Shown: positions 1-13,379 of the stretch, in pieces
Layout: each line of letters starts with the position of its first letter
How positions within the stretch are numbered: the first letter of the stretch is position 1
Assembly: GCA_965285935.1 (NCBI GenBank)
Contig: OZ260665.1
Span: 54,622,001 to 54,686,000, forward strand
Length of the DNA stretch: 64,000 nucleotides
DNA from: Ophelia neglecta
Taxonomy: Eukaryota
Direction: 5' to 3'
Position numbers and translations under genes: made by a program
Notes under the pieces: model-generated
What the model was told of the DNA's origin: nothing
Seen by the model: only the letters and a program-made list of their open reading frames with translations
Databases searched by the model: none

Positions 1-3000
1 TATGTACCAGGATAACTACTCTTTGTACGTACACTTGCACACAGTAATATATTTTTATATAAAACGAAAATCAATAAATTGATCAATAATTCAGTCAGGT
101 CTCAAATAAGTCCGTATTATGTTTGATTCTTACATTCGAAGGAAGTGGTTTTGTCCATTTTTTTGTTTTATTTCATTTTTTAATTCTTGATCATGCTGAC
201 AACAAATATTTGGATTCGCCTCATGATGCCGCCAGATTTCGTCGAGCCCCCTGTGTGTTCACCTCGGTCAAGACTAACGCGATCTCTTATTTATGTATCA
301 TTATAACATAAGTCTGTAGCTGTATTCAAACAGCTAAACAAATAATTCCAGTTTTCATCTGCGACTGCTGGGTTGCGTGTTCGAATCTGCATCAGCGTCG
401 TTAACACCCAACCGATTCGAACGACCACCAACCCGAACATAAATAATCTCATATTTCAATATCATTTCCATAATGACGCTCTTAGTCAACTGTGATTTCT
501 ACCGCTGAATTTTAAAATGGTAGTTACAAAAAGATAGCCGTTTACAATGTCAAATGGCCTTGCATGGCAATAAATTTTGCACGTATAACGATTTTCGTTA
601 TTCAATTAGCCATAACATTGTGGATGACATGCAATCTTCTCATTAAGGTCAATCAGTCGCTCTTAAAACTTTGCTTACACTTTCATTCATCGCTTAGCCT
701 TTCAAACTGTGCTGTATCCAATGTATAAAATCAGCTACAGTGTACGTTTCATTCCCAGAACATTATATACATCTAATTTATAGGGCTTGTATGTTTTGTT
801 GACATGGGAATACACAGACTTCTTCTAAATACATTGTGTTTGGCGTTTGAGTATTCTGCCACTTCAGTGACATTTAACTGGTAAATGTTTAATATATCTG
901 TTAGAAAAACAGCAAGACCTTTCATTTGAGTTACCCTGTATATGCCTCTATATTGAAACATGACAGGCTCTATGGTATGAAAGAAATGTTCAACGCCTTT
1001 TACGTAACAATGAGTATCTTTATTAGGATCCTTTCTCACTGACTCATCCCAATGACAATCAAATGGTTAATATTTTAAAAACTTTCAAATGTCAGGTTAT
1101 TATGTTCATATGCCACACAGTTTATACCTCCGTAGTCCGAAAACCTCTGATTATAGTGGTATATGTAAATGGGCCCATCACTCTAGCATATTCATTAGGA
1201 AATACATTAAGAGGCCATTTAACATCAGAGATTCTCGGACTAATACGTCTGGCACAATCAGTAGGAACGCTATTAGGGTTAGGCCTATTTACCATTATAT
1301 GTCGTTTAAAACGATTCTGCGTGGAATGCATTTGTTTGCACAAAATCTTTTAGAAAATTTCTCTTTTTAATTATCAGTGATAAGTAACAAGCTCATTTTA
1401 ATAGCAACATTTTTATACAAAGTTGCTTCGGAAAGTTCATGAAATCTGACTGGACGTGTGCGTAGATTGCAGGAATCTGGCTCATATTCCTTTCCGTCAG
1501 CCTTGGTTTCTGACAGCAAGTATCCGGCAATTTATGGTGTCCATTTCTGCCGGATCAATATTATCTGGCGCTCTCTTGTGCCCCATTTTCCTTCTCTATG
1601 TGGGCCGTTGATTTTGTGAGGTCAAAAAATTTTGTTTACCTTTCTTGTCTTTTCATTCTTCAATTCGACAGTAACAACCTTCTGTTTCTCCTTTATGTGG
1701 ACAGCGGGGAAATCATGTCTTATGCTAGAGGGCTAAGTGCAATAACGGTTTGCAGGAGCAGCAAAACCAATTTAAGAGCACAACAAAGGTCTAACTCAGT
1801 AACGCAATTCAACTGATTAATGAAATTAATAAAATCTGGTTAGATGGCTTCAGTCTAAAAAGTATGCAATGTATTCTAATAACAATATATTGCAACAGTT
1901 GAAACCTAGGCAATCAAATCAGATTGCAACGAAACCGAAAGTTTTTACCGTATCTAAGCAACATTCCATTTAAGCAACAGAAGTATTACTCAATGAGATA
2001 GGTCTAGACCTTTGTTGCACCCACAAAATATATAAATTTAGTGAGCTCCTTTTCCTTTTATATTATATCTTGAATTAAATCTGACATTTTACTCCGAAAA
2101 CTTACTGAATTAGAAAACAAATATTTTCATCAATTATCAATGAAAAAGTTATTTTCAACTGTTTGAGTTAAACCACTGCTGCGCTCAGTCCTCCTGTTGA
2201 GGACGATAATTTAACTGAACTGTAGGTATCAAGGCAAAAATACTAAAACATCCCTGCCTGATGCTGTTATAACGTCACCAGGGTCCCAGGTGCCTCAGGA
2301 AAGTAACAGCTTATGATCACATTTGCGTGAAGTAGAAACAAGTCACATTTTGCGCTATTATAAGACACATGCCGTGTTGGCAAGAGTCTAGAGAGAGACG
2401 CGGCATATTCCAAGAACATGTCCCTGTAAACACAGTAAATTTCTACACTCAGAACACCGATTCCTATCTTCACGGGGGTGTGATCAAATCTTATCATTTT
2501 CAGCCACAATGTTGGCGGGCCCAGAGGAGCACAATTACCAGCGGCAGTTAAAAACACCATTTTCTTTTCGTCTGGTTTCCTCTTCCACTTTTACGTCGTA
2601 GACCGCATCGTCGACGTCATCAGCGTCGTCCCGGTATAATAATAGTCAACAGATCAATGCTGTATATCTTCACCTGATTTGTGAAGGTAAGAGCTTGCTA
2701 TAGGAAGCTGTGGTATTTTTTTTCTATACCCGCATTGACGTGGTATCTTTTGTATACACACATTGTTTTAATTAGATAAGCTTCTTAACACGCAAGAAGC
2801 CTTATCATATCGGCACGTGTGTTTAAACATCTTTTCAAAAACTTAAACAAATTATTGATTGAAGTATATATACTTTATTTCTGATAAAATTTCATATCAG
2901 GTCGTCAGATTGTCGCTGTGTCAATATTGGCATTAGTCTGAAGACAATCATTAAGTAATATGTGTTATCATTGCCGAAATTTAACCAAGGCTTTTATTTT

Positions 3001-5090
3001 TGTTCTGAAATGCAGGTTCAATAACTTTATATGATAAAATCAAGTATATTATACATATGCAATATTGTGGTAATGACCATTAATTCAAAAATTCATAGCA
3101 TCGAGTACTTTACAGCCCATCTCTTTAAGTTAACATTTTCCTGCTTAGGCAATAACTCCTCAAACTTTTGTCCCACAATGTTTTTTTTGGACAAACTGTA
3201 TAATCCAAGATGGTACCAATTTATCTTGTATGTACATCTATATGATGCACAAAGTCGCATTTTGCAAGGTATCTCTAAGGCACGTCGCATATCATAATCT
3301 GTGCGGGGGGTTTCAGCATAAATCTCTCAAATGATTTAGGCCTATAGCAGGGCCATGAAGTTATTGATTTGTAGATGGAAATATTAATCCAATTATTTGG
3401 GATTGAGGAACAAAATAGACAATAATTGCCTTATTAACGGACGGTGAAGCGCCTGTCACGTTACACTCAGGGTCGGGTACACATAGTCTGTTTATGGCGA
3501 TAAACCATTCTTGGTTGTTGCTACACATCCCGTGAGGCTAACCTAAAGTAATTCCTGACTTCCAGTCTCATGTACACGTTAATACGCCGAAGTTTGGTAA
3601 TGAGACGATTTACCATGTCAAACGTCAAACGATTAGGAAAGATCAACGTAGCGCGCTAAGATTTATTTGCATAAGACGTTTTGCACGCGGCCTACTTTAA
3701 TAGATGTCTCCTTTCCTTTTAATACTAGAGGGAGTTAGGTCACGGGGAAGGCTTTAGTTCGCCTCACCCTCCTTCCCATATTGCTAACCCACCCTTTCTT
3801 CTGTATTAATATACTCGCCTGATATATTTGGGGAATTGCAAACTCGAAGCTTATATTGGGCTCTTTATGGTGGGCGTGTCTTTTATGGTGAAAGAAGCAG
3901 TTTTAATGTTAAAATGCAATGACTTGATGGGACGATTTTATGATTTTACCATACAGTGCCGATTGTGCTGTATGCTGTGTGATCTTTATTAAAATGAAAC
4001 AGCACTGCACAGTGATTTTCGACTAGCTGTCAAAATGACAAATCGCTGCACCACGAGCAGTGATAATATTCTGAGAGAGGTCAGTGGGCAGGCAATGGGA
4101 AGGGTCATTTCATCATATTGGTAAATTAACCACGGCCTTGATCAATGAAATGGAATGAGCATTGGTCCCCGTGTATCATATTTGCCCAAACCTCACCGCT
4201 TGTGTCCGAACCTAATGTTGGTCTTAATCAAAGATCTCGCGCCGCACTGCATTCCGGCCATGGCCTAATTTGTCCCTTATAAGGCCATAATCTGTAAGGT
4301 TTTAGATTATCTTAAATGAATCTCAACCTTTTGTAACATTAACATGTGAAATTTCGAAAACTGCGTTATTATATATAGTTGGCATGTGTCAAACGGTTAT
4401 TCATACTGCTGCCACATAAAATGATGCACAAACGGTACATCTTCCATCCATTTTCACGCAAACCATAGGGCACTGAGACCTGCGGTCACAAAATAATTTG
4501 TCAGCTGATGGTTCTATTAAGCCTTGAAAAGCTCTTCTTGAGCTCCTGTCGCTACCAAACATGGTCCTGGCTATAAACTCGGTATTGTATGGCTATAAAA
4601 CACGGTGGCCATCTCTCCCGCATTCAAATCACCCCATCAATAAGCCGTCCAATGATAGAAAGACATAACTTGGCGTCGTCCCTACGCTCGGTGCTGCACA
4701 TCACATATAGGCCTGCCACAGCAGCGTTTGTTCCGGTAATAATATTTTAGCGTCACTTGGGATTCATAAAAATCACTGCCTCCTTCATCTGGCAAAAAAA
4801 GACAACATCATAGATAAGGGAAGTGACACAGCGCACACAGCCACAGGGACTACGAATGACAAGACTCAGTAATCACATAACATACTAACGAAAGGTCCAA
4901 CATGCATAAATGCCATCAGCGCAGCCCCGGCGAAGAATTTTGATGAAGAGGAAAGTCCGTAATAAATCAGACTACGTTCCAATGTAGATGGACTAATTTA
5001 CTTGTTGCTTATTTTATTCATCACTTAGGAAGACTCCCACCTTAGGTACTTTAGGTTACCACCATGGTAAGATGATATGTCCATGGCAGT

Positions 5091-5092
5091 CC

Positions 5093-5182
<90 letters not shown>
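5091..5182. repeat. Compound microsatellite, C13 followed by (TC)n
   Basis: Directly visible; one TTT interruption near 5146. Confidence 0.95.
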
Positions 5183-5185
<3 letters not shown>

Positions 5186-8100
5186 ATCAGTGGTTTGTAA
5201 AGGTTTAAAAACTTAACATCAAAAGAAATTTACCTCTGCCATCGTCCTGAAGCGCTTACATCATAACATTAATATCCTAGTCGTCTGCTGCAGTGCAGAC
5301 TTTGAAGTGTTAATTGTTGGAGGACGAATATGTCCCAGACCCGGAGGCGATGTCTGTGTCTCAAAAATAACCCTGTCCAAGCGATTGACACTCTCTTACT
5401 TGTTTGGCCCAAACGACCCAACTCTTCCAAATCCCGTGTACCCTCTTTACGACTGACGCCGTCAAAACCTATTGCAAAACTATAATTGAAAGTGATATGG
5501 GTTTTTTGTGCTTAATCTGGGCAAAATATCTATCTTGGTCTCAGACTCAATGTTGCCTTTATGATATGGCTTCACTGTGGTACATACTTGATGATAAGAG
5601 TACCTGCTTCGAATGTCTGTGAATTCTAATGTCCGTTTTCTGTGTCTCCTATGCTCCGGGATCAATATCGCAGCCGTTCCAATTACTCTAAAAGGATCTG
5701 ATGTAGTTTAATTACTGTGGTAATTAGTTACGTTGGTGAGTTTAAATGTCACAGGGGGTTGTTGTCACATACGATCATGACAACGCTCAAAAAACTCAGA
5801 GGCTATAGCGTGTGCCTGTTTGGCATGGCTTCGAAAGTGACTGCCATCATGTATTTTTTTTTGAGAATATATGGCACGATTTGTGCCAATCAGAAAAAAA
5901 GGATTTAGGGATCTGAAAGAAGGGTTCGAAGAAGAACTTGGCACCATGGTAACCAAGTTGGCATAAAACTCCATTTAACAGGTTACAATGTGGGATTGAA
6001 CACTGTCCTTACCACTTTAAAATCATTACACATTCTAAATACAGTTTCTTTTCCTCAGCTCGTTTTAGTAGATATAAATTGATTTGATTTGTAATGATAT
6101 CGCTCGAGGCTTCCCGGAATTTTCTTGAATAGTAAATTGTTTTAACGATGAATATGATATTTATCATTGTCGATAAATTACGTTGTACAGTTTGATGTGG
6201 TATGTTTTCTGTCCAGACAATTGTCAGGCATGTTAAACATCATTGTTGTGGAAACAACACACTCTCAATACTTTTTTCTCTCTTGTCAGATGTGCACATT
6301 TTTATGTGAAAGATTTCTTTATGTTGATTAAATAAAAACATGATGAATTAGCTTTGGTCAGTGCCATAGGGAGATTTAAGACACAAACAGTCTGTTTTTA
6401 TTACCTCTGAGGTTTAAGTCAGGGTTTGCCTATATCTCTCCTAGCAGTTTTAACCAGCTGGTGGAAGAAAAAGTCTCCCTCGTCGATCCAAATCAATACA
6501 ACAATTTGGGGTGAATCAGATGAGGCCAGGTTTCATGTTTGTGACCTCCTGATGAAGCTCTCCATCATTGACTACAATTCCATGAGCTCGGGAGATAAAA
6601 CTCTAATCTGTTACTATTAGCCCAGATATCCAGAGCTTATCCGGTGAAATGTATGAACAGAGGCTGCTCTGTCTGTCTAGTAGTTTATTACTCATCAATA
6701 CGTCCATGTATTCGATCTTCAGTGATATCAAAGACCACCATATTAATATGGCTACTATTTGATATTGAGAAACAAACTATTAGGGGAGAAGCCTGCAAAG
6801 TTGCAATTGTGTGCCAAAGACAGCTGCAACTGCCAAAGACTATAGGCACATGAGATATAATCATAAATTGGTTTTGGGCTCACCATTGATTATTTCTTAA
6901 TTATAGTCATTGTTGCTATTGAATGGTACCGGCTCCTTCCTTAGAAAATCTAAGCCATTGTTCGTGGTAATAGACAACTCGAATCAATAGACATTATATT
7001 GGATTCGTTATTCGGAACGGTAATGACACTACAGTGACATTAATCACGCTAAGAGAGGTTAGAGGATTTCTGATATTCAAAACATGCTTGGATATTAAAC
7101 CAAACCGACCAGAAGCTGGGTTTAATTTCTTGCCATCTTTTTAAAGCCATGTTGTGATATCCCGTAAGGCTCAATCGGATTTTTAAAATTGATGGTGCTT
7201 TTTAATGCTTTAGGAAAAATAGACGACAGTTGTCGTTAACCCTATATGTCAGATACTAATCAGGACATTTGCTATCAGCGTGTTATGGCTAGCCATTTTA
7301 TCTCTTTTGGTGAAGAAAAATATGCCGTAAGGGGATGGCTCTAGTTGATCCCTTATGGCATATAACTTTATTAGTTTCAATGCCAGCTATATATAGCGCC
7401 GGAATCTGAGCAAATTCGGCTTTTACCACAGGGAGTATAAGGGATGTGCTCTGTGATCCCAGCCTGGTTATACATAGCCAACCAATATTATTTAAGAAAT
7501 GGACCCAGCGCTATGACTCTTATAGCTACTGTCAAAACCCCTCGAATATTGTACATTTAACTTCGAGGAAAGCATTTGCATTTGAAAGTGTGAATTAAGG
7601 GAAGAAAGTGTCTTGCTTCACCACCCCCCCTCCCCCACCTTGTTGCATCCCCCTTTCATCATATTTATGTGACATCTTCTTTTGGTATTGACGGTATAAA
7701 TGGACTGGGGAACACATTACTCAAGTTAATGCTATCTTTATTTCTATCCCCTCGCACCGATGCACAATACCCGTCATGTAGTAGTCAAGTGTGACTAAGA
7801 TGACGTAATTTATAGATAGATTTATCTCACTTCCGTTACTTGTGCTCGAATAATTTCAAATGGCCTGCGTATGCCCTGGGTCCAATAAAGCAATACAGGT
7901 TAATATAAATATATCTGATATGCACGGCTTATATTAGGCCCTTAAGACCAAAGGTTTGTTTCCCATTTCCTTGGACGAGTCTAACAAAATCTTTGCCAAA
8001 ATGTACCTGTCTTGAGTTTTACGATTGATGGTGCGGATTATATTTGGAAGATCAAATTATGGGCTGATCTGTAAAAATAACATGGACAAAATTAATGAGT

Positions 8101-10562
8101 TAGAAACGACCTTATTTCATCTATACTACCCAAAGAGTTTCAAATTATTAGTTCTATGGCACTTGCTTGTGTTTCAGTGCATTGACCCGGGTCAGGGGCC
8201 ACAGTATATGTGGGCCTCATCGTATTGTAAACGAGATATACCGCAGATTGCACAGCGAAATTGAACGGCATTGATCGACCCATCTAACTTTATCAATATG
8301 CTAAATCTTTGTTTGATTTAGGCAAATCTGGCACAAGATTGGGTTAACAATCTTAATGGGTTCGCGGTATAATCCTTGGCCGGGCTACTATTCTTAGCAC
8401 CAAAAATGTGGCCATTCAGCTTTTAATCGGTCTCCTCATTGGAATTTAGTACACACAAAAGTAGGCAAGTTGATACAAACAACATTTCTTACTTATCTGC
8501 AACCAAACTTTACTACTGTGGATTAAAGAACACAACAATGTTTAGATAACGGGTGCAATAAGTCCCCGACCCTCCCCGACCACCAAAATATCACCCCAAC
8601 CCCTACACCGCAAATACTGACACACCGAAAACCATCCATCAGTTCAAGGGATTTGTCCACGAAAAGCCGGCGCAATTCCCGAGTGCTATTCGTATTCCGA
8701 AAATGTGTTGAGAGGCTTTGATAGATATTCTTAACGCAGTGCTTCCAGAATTCACTGCTCTCTTTGCCATGGAGAACGAGGATTAGCCACTAAAATAGAT
8801 GCCAATTCGTTCCGCCATGGCCTGTGTTTGCTTCCTCTTTTTAAGGAAGTTTTGATCCTAATTAGATTGTGCTCCAGGAAGACGCGCGTGTAGTAATTCT
8901 ACAGTGTTTCATGTTTCCAGACGGTAATTGTCCGCAGCGAAGGTCAATGCCACAGATATCGTAGGTGAAACGACCACAAAAAGAATAGATTGATTATTAT
9001 TAGTTCTTTCTTTTTTTGTCCTATTCCATTCAAAGCTGTGCCATAGATTGCCGGACCACCCACCCCCTTCATGTATTGCGTAAATATAGATGCCAGCTTT
9101 TTGTTGTTGCACAAAAAGCCACCCCCCTTGACTCCCCAAATTGTTGCTGGTCGCTATCCGTTTCTTTTTGTAATAAATTAATGTCTTAGAAAGTAATATA
9201 GTATTTTAAGATTCGAATGAAAAATATAATTTCAGATCTTATGGTTAGTTTATTTGACAGGCATATGTTGTGCCTTAATAAATCCAGAAGATATGATTAT
9301 TGATAATCACAATTTACTCAAATTGACCTTTACCAAGAACTCAGGATCAAAATCATAGTTCCCATTAAACATCTTAAATATATTTTACCAGTATTGTTTT
9401 GTTGTACACAGTATGGGCCTATCTGGTTTTTTTGAAAGGCCTATTGTCAAATCGGTGTTCCTATTAAATATTATTGTAACAAAACTATCAATGTCGATTC
9501 GAATGATATAAGTCCTTTCTTTTTATATAGGATAATTATACTGAATAGTGCAATCGGAATGTCTAATTTTAATTACTAAGACACTAGTATTCTCAATATA
9601 ACATTGCCGAAGATATCCTGGTTAAACTAAAGGTCTACATTACCCTTCTTATGTAGGACCTTCTATGAGTGGTCAATACAGTTGATAGACATATCCTGCA
9701 CATTTACGCAACAACAGTGTACCGACATTTAACATACCAAATTTTGATTTAAATTGGTCAAGAGGTCAGACAACCCTCTCCCTATCTGGCTCTGTGCAAG
9801 TTCTAGACTCACAATAAAATTCTGATTTTTTCGAGTGGAGTCACGAGAGGGCATTATAGATAAACCGCAAAAGTCCGGAAATTTTGATAACCCCGACTTT
9901 TGTCAATCAGATCAAATCACAAAGCTTAATATACCTCCGTACAAAATTGTTCAGTTAGTACAACAAACAACCTGTTGGGTCCAGGGAGAAAACTTTTTAA
10001 GTTTTGAAGGCTGGTAAAGGGTTCACTAAATATAGATGAGTGTCGTATTTTATATAAATGTCAGAGAGGTAGAGTGCTATAATTCTGTCATGTATAAAAC
10101 AAAGTTGTAAACAAATTGCTTTTGAGAAAACACGACTTCCATTAGAACACTACGGGGTGGATTTGTGATGGCCTCTTGATAATCGTCCACAGTGCAATTC
10201 ATCCTGTCAGATCGTCATATCTTCGCTATCTGACACAAATATGTCTTGTGCCTTTTGAAATCAACCATCACTCGTCGGACATGATCTGAGTAACATTTTG
10301 TTACTAAGTTTAAACATAGCAGACATGAACTCCACTCCTGTTTGGAAGTAGGCTTTTATCAGTATTTATACAGCTGATATGATGGTTGTTGTTTGCTAAT
10401 AGTTGTAGAATGCTGTTGATAGATGTTAGTTGCACATGTGTTTGTCATGAGACCTGAAGAACAATTTTGTGCAAAAAAAAATCCTGTCCTACCAGTGAAG
10501 TATCGATAGAAAATCGAATTCCTACCCACTTTGGACTAGAAATCAATGAATCACGTTTGGAC

Positions 10563-10585
10563 AGAGAGAGAGAGAGAGAGAGAGA
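10563..10585. repeat. (AG)n microsatellite
   Basis: About 11 AG units. Confidence 0.9.
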
Positions 10586-11061
10586 CAGAGCCATACATTT
10601 TCCGTTTATGACCTTGGCTGACCATTTACTCGTTCGTTCTGTAATCTAATTCGCATCATGGAAAACGGTTGACTACTCTTTATTGCAAGCGATAACAATT
10701 TCTGTTTTGGATTTTTTTTGGTTAAGTATTGTTGTGGTAGCTGGTGCCTGATGATATCACACCGATTTAATGGAGTATTTTCTGTCAGCGGTTTGACTTT
10801 GTCTGCCGGGCATCCACTCCCGGCCTCTATTTTCTATGTGCGATAATGTATCCAAATATACGTACGGTGATAAGATGTCATGTACACTGAAAACCGAGTA
10901 AGCAGGAAGTGCCAGATCAGAACGGGTTTGGCTGCGGATGGCGAGTGCCATTCAGAGTGAACCACTTAAGCAAGAATTACAATTGTATAGTATATACAAG
11001 GGAAATTGGCATTTTTGTCCGCATTAAAGATCTGGTTTCAATTTAGGTCGGGTTTCCTCTT

Positions 11062-12078
11062 CATATGGACTAATTGTTATTGCTTATAACAGGTATGTAC
11101 TCAACGTTTGATGGAATGACACCAATACAACCAGCATTTAATATAACAAAGAAAGAAATCAAGAATGGTTGGCAGTGGTGAACCTTGCCTGATGGTGTGT
11201 GGTGTCAAGTCTCTTTGAGAAGGTCCTTATTGGAATAAGAGGTCTCCATATGGCAAGACAAAAGTAGTTACCAGCTGCTCGTGTTTATTTTATCAGTTGC
11301 TCCAGTAATGAACATATAGAATATATGTTCATCATTTGAAAGGAAGGTTAATAAGGAATGAGAGAGACTATAAATGGTGGGGATTGGAACTAGTTATCAG
11401 AAAAGATAGGTTCTTTGGTGCGGCATAGTGACACTTGGAGGTTTTATCAATTTTCGAATCTAGGGAGCTGTACATAGAATTTCCAGCCCGTGGAAAGTTG
11501 GGAAGTAAAAATTCACGTAGGGCATCAATTTTTGTATCGATATTAGAAGCCCAATAACCAGGAAGTACAAAATCCGAATATTGACGGCGAATGCCAACCA
11601 AATCAACCCACAAAAACAAGCGTTCCAGTTTTCATTGAATAAAGAGGGCAATAATATCTATATTAAATATGTGCTGCTCATTTTTCTATATGGACTTTTC
11701 TAATATTGGTATTACTAATAACAGATGTGTGCACAGTATTTGATGGAATGAAGGCATTATAACTAGCATTTCATATAAAGAAGATAGAACTGAAAACTGG
11801 TTGGCAGTGGGTTAACCTCGCGAGATGGTGTGTGCCCGGTCTCTTTAGGAAAGCCCTGTTAGGTTGTTCATAATTGAAATAAGAAGTGTCTTAGTGGCAA
11901 GACAAAAGAAGTTACTAGCTGCCCGTATCTTATTATATAAGTTACACCAGTATTGTACACATATTGTTCAACATCGAAATGAAAGGTAATAGGAAATGAG
12001 AGAGGCTATTATTGGTGATGATTAGAACTAATTATCAGAAAAGTGTTTGGGGAGGCATGGTGGCATTTTGAGTTTTTT
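11062..12078. repeat. Old diverged direct duplication (units about 11062-11445 and 11690-12078, offset about 632-644)
   Basis: Collinear exact anchors: TTTGATGGAATGA at 11107/11739, TGGTTGGCAGTGG at 11166/11798, TGGCAAGACAAAAG at 11251/11895, TTATCAGAAAAG at 11394/12032. Confidence 0.88.
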
Positions 12079-13379
12079 GGGCATGTAATTGCTAATTCCT
12101 GATGATTGCGACCGATTTAATGGACCGTACTTGATTAATGATTTTTGCTTTGTGTACCGGGTATCAACTCGTGCAATGTCCTGGTTGCTTAGACGAAATT
12201 ATTTCATTCAAAGTAGCACTACCCCTCCCGGGTGACCATCCACATGCCCTTTATGGGCAGCATGGAAAGGAAAGGTAATAGGAAATGAGAGAGGCACAGG
12301 TAGAAGCCTCAGCTGCCTTTCTACGCCATCCATTATTAATCTCGTTATATGTGTGATTAATTCCTGCAAATCCTTCAGGTTTGGGTGATTAAGGCCAGGT
12401 TAGGGGGAATTATCTTCAATATGCTCGAAAATTAAATGTCAGCTCAAGGTAAATGATTTGAATTGTAGCTTTGAACCTCGTAGGAAACGCTCTTGGATAA
12501 ATAGTATATAATTGAGCTGTTCCGAGAAAAAAAGAAGTATGCACTATGGACAATTGAAAATGATTTAAACAATATGTATGGGGCCCCTTGCTTATCACAT
12601 TTCAGGAAAATATGAGATTGTTTAGCTCTAAGAGTACAAAATATGCACGGGATATAGCATTCATTTAAAATGCCTAGGATACATGCCTTGTAAACTAACA
12701 CTTAACGATGGTTAAGCTATTTTGTTTTGAGTTAGGTCATGTATCTTTTGAATCCTACTATTCACCCTACCTAAACGAAAAAGTGAAGTTGTGACGATAT
12801 TGTCCAGTCGATTGCCTTTTAAAGGCAAAGCCAAAACTACACATGTCTTTTGGAAAGTAGAGCAAAAAAGCTATAACTCCACTTGCAAAAACCGAAAAGA
12901 ATATTCTGTTGTTAATGTGTTTATACGTTTATGCACATATTTATAGAAATACAGAAGCTATAACAAATCCTAAAAAAACAACATATATTGCCAATACATT
13001 GTACGTAATTGGATCGACAATTAAATATATTGTTCATTTCATTTTATGAAACGAGTTTATGAATGGAGTTTTACAGTGGAATTAGTCCTGTCCAATTCAT
13101 AGTTCTTGTAAGAACGCAGGGGATACCAGTCAGATAAACATTGAAGTATTTAAGAACATTATCTATTTTTCCGTTTGAATATTCCAGGTACCAAAAACTA
13201 TTCGGACCAATATTAGGAAATAAAATAGTTTGTAGTTCATGACCAATTTATCAAGAAATTATTCCTAATTTTTGAAATTGATTCTTCCTTTAAATAGAGA
13301 ACAATCTAACACATTTCGTAATAATATGTTGCCGCCTAGTAAAAGTAAGCAATAGAGAAAAGGAGGATTGGATACTCGG

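Noticed and set aside
370-400. B-box-like GTTCGAATC suggesting a tRNA or tRNA-derived SINE
   Set aside because: No cloverleaf or convincing A-box could be built.
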